Below, in pieces: positions 52,166 through 64,000 of a stretch of DNA of 64,000 bases. Source of the stretch: Chrysomallon squamiferum (Eukaryota; Animalia; Mollusca). Under the pieces are notes generated by a model. That model was not told the origin of the DNA. It worked only from the letters and a program-made list of their open reading frames with translations, and did no database searches. The first letter of the stretch is position 1. The number at the start of each line of letters is the position of its first letter. Location: assembly GCA_012295275.1 (NCBI GenBank), contig CM022665.1, forward strand, positions 46,934,001 through 46,998,000. Reading direction: 5' to 3'. The position numbers and the translations under genes were made by a program.

Positions 52166-55100
52166 TTATAAACACCTGAACATTTTTCTACGAAGGATCA
52201 TAAGTATATTGCCCTGAGGTGAATGTTAATTCAATATGATCACGATAATAATATAAATTATAATAATATATTTGTCACACGTAAATTAAATCAGCTAAAA
52301 GTCACTGTAGACTTTGTTGCGTGGATTCTAATAAGGTATGTAGGATATATCAACAACTACTAACAAGTACTGCAATGAGCTACTCTAAAACTATTATTTT
52401 TGAATTTATATAACACAGGCAGGTACTATCACATACAAAATAATAATAATAATAATTACTGATATATATAATATATATATATATACATATATTAAATATG
52501 ATAGGGATTCTGCAATGCATTTCCAGTCTAACAGAATGAAAATTGTTACAATATTTTGTTTTATATATATTAGTTTTTTTGTCATACTTAATTAAAATAT
52601 ATTCATAATATTTCAGTAAATGAAAATGCTCCTGGGTCTTTATAGCGTTTGCTTGTGTCAGTAAATAGAACCTGTGTCACGACAATGGTTTTAAAATAAT
52701 TGCGTATTATTGTTGAATTAATTTTATTGATCAACCTAGAGCTTATAAAAAGGATTTCGAAAAAAAAATAATGCTTAAATTTGCTAATGATAAATATAGC
52801 AACAAAAACTGGTCTTTTCCATCATTTCGAAAGATAGTCGAACTGTCGAAGACGCAGTGTGCTATAAATAGTACATGAATATTCAAGAGGTATTACTGGT
52901 ATGAATATTTATTAGCAAAGTTATTTCCGTCGCCTTGGACATGTTGTGATTGTTAATGCTCCCAAACTAGTAATTGTCTTAGAAAAAAAGAAAAAGAAAA
53001 AAAAAAGGTGTTATTTTAAATAATAATAAACTTATATTTACTTTTTTATTGTAATTTTGCTTATATACTTCTTCTTCTTCTAAATAAACTTTTATATATT
53101 TAATTGAATAAGGGTAATATATATATAAATGTTCAGTTGTAAACATATAAAGAGAAGTTCAGCACTAGTGTGCAGTATTGTACGTTGTTTCCGATTTGAA
53201 CTCTTTATAAATGACATCAGGAAAATTCGTTTTCAACAAGGAAGTAAAATGTTATTCAACAGATAAAGAAAAGTAAAGTAATGCAGTGTAATGTAATATA
53301 TTAATTAATATAAAGTATTATAAAGTAAAGTAAAAGTAAAATGAAAACATCAAAACTTGTTGTTTAATAATTTAAAATCACCATACACTGTTAACTGCGT
53401 TGTTTAATATTTTAAAATCACTATTCATACACTTGTGTATTTGTTAATATTTTAAAATCACTATACATTTACTTGTGTATTTTTAATATTTTAAAATCAC
53501 TATACATATACTTGTGTATTTGTTAATATTTTTTAAAAGACTATACATTTACTTGTGTGTTGTTTAATATTTCAGGTTTCTCTCTGTAATCTGAATGAAT
53601 TTTGCAATGACACAGTGACTTGTTCTGTTCAAAACAGTTTCTGTGACAGCTCATCCCTCTGTCAGTGTAATGATAACTTCTACGAAAAAAATGAAACGTG
53701 TGAATCCAGTAAGTACTGTGTTAAAATAAAATAAAATAAATATACTGATAACACTGAATTTTTTATTATTATTATTTATTTTAAAAATCGATTTAATTAG
53801 TATTCTTATTATATAATTTCAAAAAGAAGAATCATAATATCAGCGATGTCATGATACTTTTATAATTGAATTTCATTTTTAAATTAGGTGATTGTGAAGT
53901 GAACATCACTAAATGGCTTTTAAAACAGAAGAGTTACAGAGAGGTTGTAATTGTCAACACTTATCTTTGTTCATCATCACCAACCTCAAAAATTAAATCA
54001 GAATAGAATTACTTCCATTCTACCAGTCTTGAAACTATTTTTATTTATTTTTTATTTATTATTATATTCTTTTTTATGAATGAATCTATAATGAAAAGAT
54101 GTAAACAAGTAGAACTGACCTATTTTGTTGTGGAGGAAAATCGCCAAAGCGTACGTCGAATCACCCGACTGTAGATTGTGTAATTTCCAAATTTCAGTAA
54201 TTTGTAAACAATAGTAAATAAATACAAATTTCTTTCAATTAAAGCGAAAATATTAAATGCTAAACAAATAAAAATCTCTTAATTGTAATTAAAATCTATT
54301 GATGAATTAAATTAAGTATACTAAATTTATTTTACTTAACCGCTCACTGCTAAAGATCTTATGTTAAAACAGCTGTCAGTTATCTTTATGAAACTTGTTT
54401 ACTTGGAGTGAGTGAGTGAGCATTCACCCTCTTTACATGTTAAAAATTATAACGACATGAATACATAAGAAAACTTTCGATACAGACGAACTGTTTTAAT
54501 GATAGTTAATGTGGCTGTTATCTAAATGTACTGACATATGTGAAATTATAAAACTAACGAAAACCTAATTTCACGGCTAAGCAGAGAGACGTCTGGATTA
54601 TTTTTATACACAATGAATTGTATTCGTACGCAAGTAAACCGGCCTCATTAATTCATAGCTAGATGATTGTGGATTGCTAACTTGTGGATTGTTAACCAAT
54701 CAGGATAGAGTATTTCCTCAATGACATGAGAGAATAATAGTTCACTAAATGTTAATATTACTTAAAGAAATAATGTACCTAAGATATAACATTCGATCAG
54801 ATGTTTGTAAATATTTATCTACAAAAAGAAAAATAACAATAACAGCATTAACAACAATGAAGAAAACCTAAAAAGTATTGCAGTATCCATAAATAGTCAA
54901 TAATTTACTACAAATTTATAACGTTAATTTTACATTTAGGAGATTATTAATATCATTTCCATCAACACCTCTCAGCACTAATTACATGAATGTAATTTAT
55001 CTCTCGTATCTATTGTAATGTTTTACAAATGTAATTTTATTTGTTTTAAAACATTTTTTTTTTTTTACTTCAAATGAATAAATAAAAAAAAAAATAAAAA

Positions 55101-55323
55101 AATATAAACAAATAAATAATTAAAAGATCTTTATATTGTGACTGTTGAAGCATGAAGTACAGAAAATATTTATCCAACGTGAACAGTGAATAGAAATATA
55201 CGTTCAGACATGTTACACTTCATTTTATTTTAGCATAATTGTCTGATTAAATATTTTCATATTTCATTACGAACTGTGTAGGTTGTATGAAAACAACAAC
55301 AACAAAAAAAAAAAAAAAAAAAA

Positions 55324-55403
<80 letters not shown>

Positions 55404-55430
55404 TAATAATAATAACAATAACAATAATAA

Positions 55431-55461
<31 letters not shown>

Positions 55462-56246
55462 ATAGTAACTACAGCAAACTGAATACGCAGACACACAAAC
55501 TTACTGGTGTAAAATTGAAATAATTTTTGAAGTGATTCAAGTACAATGGAATTCGTTTATTCTTTTAATGTGAAACCATAACTTTTATTATTATTTTTAT
55601 TTTTATTTTTTTTTTTTAATAAGATATAAAATGATTTTTACAGTAAAACAGAATATTGAAAAAGAATAGTTAGTTTACATTTCTAGCCTAGAAATTTATA
55701 CTGGTTTGATTTTATCTTAACACTAATTCTCTAATCAGATATTTTCTTATTTCAGTAAGCACTCTGCAGGTTACTGGACTTTCACAACAATCATCAACAC
55801 TAAACTCAGTGACAGTGACGTGGACAGAACCAGCAGACACAACGTCTGTTGTAACTGGTTACACAGTGACATATTCATCAACAACAGGAACAGAGCTAGG
55901 ACATTTTGATGTAGGAAAAGGAACTCCATACACCATACCCAATCTTCAGTCAGGAACACAGTACTCAGTAACAGTGACAACTAAAATTTCTTACAGGTCA
56001 CAGACAACAGTGACACCGGCAAAAACAGTAAAAACAAGTAAATGCTTCTTTAAAACAAAATAATCACTAATGACTTCTTTTAAATATGTAAATTTTGTTT
56101 TATTGACATTTTACTCATATTTTAACAAAGATGTGTTTTACTGAATCCTATGAAGATTTATTTAGATGTTTTTTGTTTATGTGAATACGCTACGATAATC
56201 AGTACACTCAATTTTTCAAAATAACATCCAGTGAATTCAAGTAATC

Positions 56247-56289
<43 letters not shown>

Positions 56290-56960
56290 TAATAATAACA
56301 ATAACAATAATAATAATAATAACAATAACAATAATAATAACAATAACAATAACAACAACAACAATAATAATAATAATAATAATAATAATCAGAAGAAGAA
56401 GAAGAGCAATTTTTAAGTAATAATTTTAATAGTAAAATGTTTGAAGTGTATTACTTTGTAATTTTATCGCTAATTGACTCAAATTGAAACAGTAGAGAAA
56501 TTAACACAAAATAAGAGAATGTTTATGTTAGGATGTTATGTCAAGGAAACATAACGAAGCCAAACAAAATGTTCATGTTTCAGTTCAAAACAGAAACATT
56601 CATTCAGTCATTTTTTTATTTTATTTTATTTGTCCTTCTCTCGATTTTCTGTTAAACATGTAAAAAAAGTTAACTGGATAAAACATTGTAACTACTTAAA
56701 TATGGATACTTTCTCATCTTGGTATGTTAATTATTTTATGTTAAACTTGTTTATCTTAATGCTTGACACGTATTTCAGAAAGTGCTTTATCAGAGAGTTG
56801 TGTTAGTAACACAGACTGCGTCGTCCAAAACACAGACTGCTATGAAAACACATGTCAGTGCAAGGTTGGGTTTTACCTTCTGAATAGTGCTTGTTCATCA
56901 AGTAAGTGTAATCTCTGTGATAAAGTATTCACTTTTTATTGAATTTTATTGTTATTGTTA

Positions 56961-57014
<54 letters not shown>

Positions 57015-57259
57015 CTATTTATACAGAGAAAGAGAGAGTAAGACCGAAAGAGTGATTTTTTCTATTGTTTGCGGTTTGCTTTCATAAGAAAGAAGCTAAT
57101 GTATCACATATATTGCCTGTCTGATATGTTTTTAAAATGTATTTTAAGAAAATAATGTATTTCCTATCTTTGTTTAAATTATGCTTTGAAATAATTATTT
57201 GTGATATGAGAAAGAGAGACACCGAATGTATAGCTATCAACGATTTATAAGATGTAGAA

Positions 57260-57324
<65 letters not shown>

Positions 57325-57867
57325 GATGACAGTGTAAAATCTTGATCAAATTATTTCTTTTATTCTTTTTTTGCATTTCAGTAAGCACTCTGCAGGTTAC
57401 TGGACTTTCACAACAAACATCAACACTGAACTCTGTGACAGTGACGTGGACAGAACCAGCAGACACAACGTCTGTTGTAACTGGTTACACAGTGACATAT
57501 TCATCAACAACAGGAACAGAGCTAGGACATTTTGATGTAGGAAAAGGAACTCCATACACCATACCCAATCTTCAGTCAGGAACACAGTACTCAGTAACAG
57601 TGACAACTAAAATTTCTTACAGGTCACAGACAACAGTGACACCGGCAAAAACAGTAAAAACAAGTAAATGCTTCTTTAAAACAAAATAATCACTAATGAC
57701 TTCTTTTTAAATATGTAAATTTTGTTTTATTGACATTTTACTCGTATTTTAACAAAGATGTGTTTTACTGAATCCTATGAAGATTTATTTAGATGTTTTT
57801 TGTTTATGTGAATACGCTACGATAATCAGTACACTCAATTTTTCAAAATAACATCCAGTGAATTCAA

Positions 57868-57904
<37 letters not shown>

Positions 57905-58590
57905 TAATAATAACAATAATAATAACAATAACAATAATAATAACAATAACAATAATAATAACAATAACAATAACAACAACAACAATAATAATAATAATAA
58001 TAATAATAATCAGAAGAAGAAGAAGAGCAATTTTTAAGTAATAATTTTAATAGTAAAATGTTTGAAGTGTATTACTTTGTAATTTTATCGCTAATTGACT
58101 CAAATTGAAACAGTAGAGAAATTAACACAAAATAAGAGAATGTTTATGTTAGGATGTTATGTCAAGGAAACATAACGAAGCCAAACAAAATGTTCATGTT
58201 TCAGTTCAAAACAGAAACATTCATTCAGTCATTTTTTTATTTTATTTTATTTGTCCTTCTCTCGATTTTCTGTTAAACATGTAAAAAAAGTTAACTGGAT
58301 AAAACATTGTAACTACTTAAATATGGATACTTTCTCATCTTGGTATGTTAATTATTTTATGTTAAACTTGTTTATCTTAATGCTTGACACGTATTTCAGA
58401 AAGTGCTTTATCAGACAGTTGTGTTAGTAACACAGACTGCGTTGTCCAAAACACAGACTGCTATGAAAACACATGTCAGTGCATCGTCGGGTTTTACCTT
58501 CTGACTAGTGCTTGTACATCAAGTAAGTGTAATCAATGTAATAAAGAATTCACTTTTTATTGAATTCTACTGTTATTATTATTATTATTA

Positions 58591-58635
<45 letters not shown>

Positions 58636-58908
58636 CTATTTATACAGATAAAGAGAGAGTAAGACCGAAAGAGGTGATTTTTTGTTATTGTTTGCGGTTT
58701 GCTTTCATAGGAAAGAAAGTAATGTATCACATATGTTGCCTGTATGATATGTTTTTAAAATGTATTTTAAGAAAATAATGTATTTCCTATCTTTGTTTAA
58801 ATTATGCTTTGAAATAATTATTCGTGATACGAGAAAGAGAGACACCGAATGTATAGTTATCAACGATTTATAAGATGTAGAAATTATTATTATTATTATT
58901 ATTATTAA

Positions 58909-58947
<39 letters not shown>

Positions 58948-60796
58948 GATGACAATGTAAAAGTTTGATAAAAATTATTTTTTATTCTTTTTTCTTATTA
59001 CAGTAAGCACTCTGCAGGTTACTGGACTTTCACAACAATCATCAACACTAAACTCAGTGACAGTGATGTGGACAGAACCAACAGACACATCAGTTGTAAC
59101 TGGTTACACAGTGACATGGACACCAGCATCTACAACTAATACAAACAGCGCTGATGTAACAAAGGGATCTACTACATACAACATACCCAATCTTCAAGCT
59201 GGAACACAGTACTCAGTAACAGTGACAACTAAAATTTCTTACAGGTCACAGACAACAGTGACACCGGCAACAACAGTAAAAACAAGTAAATAATACTATA
59301 TTCTAATTAACATTTTATTATTATTATTATTATTTCTTCTTATTATTTTTTTGTTTTTTTGGAAGTTGTTTTACAAATTTACTTTAAATGTTGAGAATAC
59401 TTTATTCAAAATTTTGGGATTAAAAATATTCGATATTTGGAATTTTTCTGATTTTGGATTATAAGGAGATAGCCTGAGAATAGGATTTAAATCTAAACAA
59501 TAATTCCATTTATATTTCATATATAACTTATGCAAATAGTCTACAGAATCTTTTTATATAAGATTTTAAATAATTTTGTGGATAAAATAAAGTTGATGTA
59601 AGCAACTGCTGCTGCTCAGAAAAACTTTCGGGGATTTCGGGGACCTCAAAAACCACATTTGTCTAATATATCTTGAACGTAGCACATTGGGTTTTTTTCT
59701 GTTGATAAATACTTGCTGCATCTACTTCGTACATTTATATTCTTATGCAGCAATCTGCATTTCTTTATAAAAGTTTACGACTACTGTAATTAACCTATTC
59801 TTGTTACCAGTCTTGTTTATATATGTACATATCTCTCTGTGTGTGTGTGTGAAATGGCCTGAGTGTAAATACGTTAGCAGCTTAGCGATTTAACATCAAG
59901 ATGTATAAAATAATAGATAACTAAGCACATTTTCCTCTTGTTATTATACATCGAGCCAAGCAGCATATATATTCAACTCGAGTGATACACCACTCGGCTT
60001 AATTTTAAATGATTCAACACAATATTAGTAATTACTTTCTTCAGTTGGTGTCTTTATTTTTTTAAACTATGAAACTAAGTAATGACGTTTCGAAAGGCAG
60101 GAAGCTTTGCTGTGTCGGGAAAGATCAACTAAATTAATAATAATTGGATTTTTTTTTATATATATTTTCTTGTCGGAGAAATTATTTCGTAAACATTAAA
60201 TAATTATTAAATACTAGTTAAAAGTAGCAGCTGATTACTTCCCAGTGCATGAAACGGTTACGTTTTCCTTCGTCCCATTTTTGTTTCTTTATCTTAATAT
60301 AGATATGTTTATGTTATTGTTGTAGATGTGTTATAAACTGAGATAATAATTTTAGTCTATGTAAACATTTTCTGAAAGATTACTAATTTTCATAACTTTT
60401 ATTACAATCAAATTTTCCAAAACACGGTTTTAATTTTGGCATTTCGATTTTTCTTTTCCCAATTCAATTCACAAGAAATATTTTAATTGAACAAAAAGTA
60501 CCAGGCGTGTTGAAACGATGAATCATTTCAACCTTTCGTTTAAAGAAGAAATGTATTAGAATGTGTTTCCTGTCTTTAACTGTAGAGTTACTCGATTGTT
60601 TTGTAACAGACACGGAGGGTATTTTAGTGTTGCTAGACAGAGGCAGTTTGTTTTTTAAAAGCTCATTATCCAGGGTTATGATATTTACCTGTCTACTTAA
60701 GTCCAACAAGTTGTATTCATTGTAATTACTTAGCTAAACTCACTAACGGTCTTCTGACAAATTAGTCGTTTATTCTAGTCAAGTAGATAAGTATTA

Positions 60797-60860
<64 letters not shown>

Positions 60861-61920
60861 GTAGTAGTTGCATAAGCACCTATGTTACAACCTGAAATAT
60901 ATTTTGGAACACATTTAGATCCAGCAATTATTTAAAAAAAAATTTTTAATAAGAAATAAAATCGTTTTTACCACCCCAAATACCTATTTACATCTTATGT
61001 ATTTTAGAAATCAAAAGACCTGGATTATTACAGGGTTATCAAAGTTTTTAAACTGAAGATTTCTAAAATTGTGATACTTTATAAAATAATTATTAAATTA
61101 AAAAAATAATAATAATAATAATAACAAAAGAATTATTTTATTATTTTAAAGAAATACATAATAGAAATAATAAATAAAAACTAATAATAACAGTGTACTT
61201 TATTGGTTTATATTTAGTATTTGCAGTTACATTTCTTATATCAATAGATATTTCTGTTTCTTCCCTTATTTTTAGCAAACTTTTTAAATTTCAGTTAACA
61301 GAATGTCAGTTTATTTTGTAGATATTTAAATTTCATACACACACTGATCTATATTCTAGGATGAATGTTGTTTGGTAATAAAACTTTAGTGTATTCAGAG
61401 TTTATTGTTTAACATAGGTATATTCACAGTCCACTTAAACTGATAAAATAACTATCTTTTGTAAGTATTATGATTTTTCTAGTCTAAAGATAACTATGCT
61501 TTTACTAGATGGAGATAATGCATTCATGTTTTTGAAAGAATATTTGTATCAAAATAGTATTTCAGATAATCTTTACAATTTTATAAATGTAATAAATGTT
61601 ATTTCAGAAAATTCTTTGGATCAAGGATGTTCACAAAACAGTGACTGTGGAACTGTAAATGCAGAGTGCAGTGTAAATGAGAGTAACAAGAAAGTCTGCA
61701 GATGTAAACCAGGATTTTATCCTAAAGATTCTGCTTGTTCAGACAGTAAGTTCACTGTGAGGTAAAAAACACAAAAACAAAACAAAGAAACAACAACAAA
61801 ACAGCAGATGGTTAAACAATTTGAACATGCAAAATACATGAACTCACTTTAGTAACATTAAAAACTAATTTATTGTTCGCTATTCTTTCTGTAATGTTGT
61901 TTTCAGTTTTTAAGCATAAA

Positions 61921-61996
<76 letters not shown>

Positions 61997-63395
61997 CATT
62001 TAAGCATAAATATCCACAACTGAACAGATTTTGCCATGAATAGATATAAAATAAATAAATAAACAAATATACAATAAAATCTGGGTATTAAAATGACTTA
62101 TGATAGTATTTAGCAGTAGAGCTGTATATTACACAAGTTAACATATAAATGTGTTATTTTTTACTAGTCACTCTTTTAGTTTAATAATACATACTCTGAG
62201 CTTCATTCAGACATTAATTTCAGTTCTAAAAGTGAAACAAACTGTATGATGAGATATTTTCTTATTTCAGTAAGCACTCTGCAGGTTACTGGACTTTCAC
62301 AACAATCATCAACACTAAACTCAGTGACAGTGACGTGGACAGAACCAGCAGACACAACGTCTGTTGTAACTGGTTACACAGTGACATGGACACCAGCATC
62401 TACAACTAATACAAACAGCACTGATGTAACAAAGGGATCTACTACATACAACATAATCAGTCTTCAACCTGGAACACAGTACTCAGTAAAAGTGACAACT
62501 AAAATTTCTTACAGATCACAGACAACAGTGACACTGGCAAAAACAGTAAAAACAAGTAAATACTCATCTTAGTCTCAAAAGTAATAAAATTAGTTTGTTT
62601 GACATAAATAATATAAAGATAGTTGATAATTTGAACAAACATTTTGGGAGAGATTGTTCATTAGGTTGAAGGTATGTAATTTTAGTGTTATATCTAAAAT
62701 TTATTTTTTATTACTAAATTGCCATTTATAATTTACATTTCTTAAAATTAAATGAAACCTTTGTATATATATATATATATAATTTTTTTTATTTTAAATC
62801 CTCAATTTCGGTCTGAGGCATTTGCCTCAATGTAGTTATGAGCATCATATACATACATAGATACATATATATATATATACACACACACACATATACATAC
62901 ATACATACATATATATATATATGTTGTTAGAGAGAAAAAAAAGTTACATATTTATAAGATAGATATTTAAATGTCACTTTCCTTGCATCTTCCCAAACTT
63001 CGTATTTTATGATACTAATTTATAACTAACACAGTCTGGATAATAATCATCTGATAGTATAAAGAATATACCTGTTTATTTTTACTAAAGTGCCCTTTAA
63101 GATTAATGTATTTTAGTAATATCACAACAATATTATTAAAATTTAAATCAAAGGTTTCAAAACAATGAGTTTTAATATATAATTATTATTATTATAGGTT
63201 TCAAAATTTCAAAGTTTTATTACATTTCATTTTCTTTTTATGTTAAAATTTTTAAAACCTTTCAGTAATAATAATAATAATAATGTTATTATTAAAACAA
63301 AAAGGTTTTTATTACTATTATTTTCCTTTTATTAATCTTTACTTTATATTTTTAATTTTTACAAGACTGAAATTACTTTGTTTAATTAATATTTA

Positions 63396-63455
<60 letters not shown>

Positions 63456-63737
63456 CTAACATTTAATTTACACAGGTGATATCTTATTAAACAGAAACAC
63501 AATTTTTTAAATAAAATTAATCGTGATGGTGCATATTTTGTAATGAATGGATAACTGTGTAACAGTATTTTTACTATTATGAATATAATGATATTTCAGA
63601 AAAACCTTTGGATCAAGAATGTTTAAACAGCAATGAGTGTGGAACTTCAAATGCAGAGTGCAGTGAAAATGAGAGTCAAACGAAAGTTTGTAGATGTGCA
63701 TCTGGATTTTATCCTAAAGATTCGTCTTGTTTGAACA
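50243..63737 (+). CDS. Gene C (3' end beyond window): EGF-like/EB-FN3 repeat receptor, inverted paralogue of gene B
   Basis: Exons 50243-50314 (MFSSKSVLPGLFCVTALILTCGIQ), 53576-53708, 55756-56037, 56779-56901, 57382-57663, 58400-58522, 59004-59285, 61608-61745, 62271-62555 and 63600-63737. All are open and GT-AG, and phase 1-1 after exon 2. Exon 2 is almost identical to gene B exon 2. No TM or tail lies in the window. Confidence 0.88.
53355..53572 (+). repeat. ~43 bp minisatellite (about 5 copies) abutting the gene C exon 2 acceptor
   Basis: Repeated acttgtgtatttgttaatattttaaaatcactatacat variants, the last running into ttaatatttcag. Confidence 0.8.
55750..59100 (+). repeat. ~1.62 kb tandem cassette (FN3 exon + EB exon) duplicated within gene C
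   Basis: Exon starts 55756/57382/59004 and 56779/58400 are 1621-1626 bp apart, with matching introns. Confidence 0.92.
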
Positions 63738-64000
63738 GTAAGTTGAAGTTTACTTCGAGAATAAAAAAAAAAAAAAATAGTAATAATAATAATAAAAAAA
63801 TAACATAAATAAATAAAAACTGCAGCAATCACTGAACACGCAGACACACAAAACGGACTAAAAATAAAATAATTAAACTACAATGGAATTATTTTACTCT
63901 TTTGCTGGGAAATGTTAATACATTTATTTTGTGAAGTCAGAAAACTAACATTTACCTGATGGAGTGGATAATTAAATCAGATATGTACATATGTGTGTAT

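Overview
AT-rich, microsatellite-laden, intron-containing animal DNA. A lophotrochozoan/mollusc origin is only my impression from composition and gene style. By reading splice sites by hand I find three paralogous single-pass receptor genes, built from alternating 6-Cys EGF-like (EB-type) and fibronectin type III (FN3) exons. Gene A (+, 2853-27708, 37 exons, about 1,900 aa) is a receptor protein tyrosine phosphatase with one PTP domain (R3-like). As assembled, its catalytic P-loop exon is scrambled. Gene B (-, 49139-32170, 16 exons, about 919 aa) has the same signal, ectodomain and juxtamembrane exon plan. It has no phosphatase domain; a single exon instead encodes a tyrosine-motif tail (two YxN motifs, an ITAM-like YERL-x9-YSKL, and C-terminal TEV). 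Gene C (+, from 50243, running off the window) is an inverted, head-to-head paralogue of B, and the two share a mirrored GATA/E-box/ETS promoter module. All three ectodomains are expanding by recent tandem duplication of phase-1 exon cassettes. The FN3 copies of B and C have a constant frame with a swapped variable core. The main hypothesis (inference) is a diversifying paired-receptor cluster with a phosphatase member and a tyrosine-motif member, possibly immune or recognition related.
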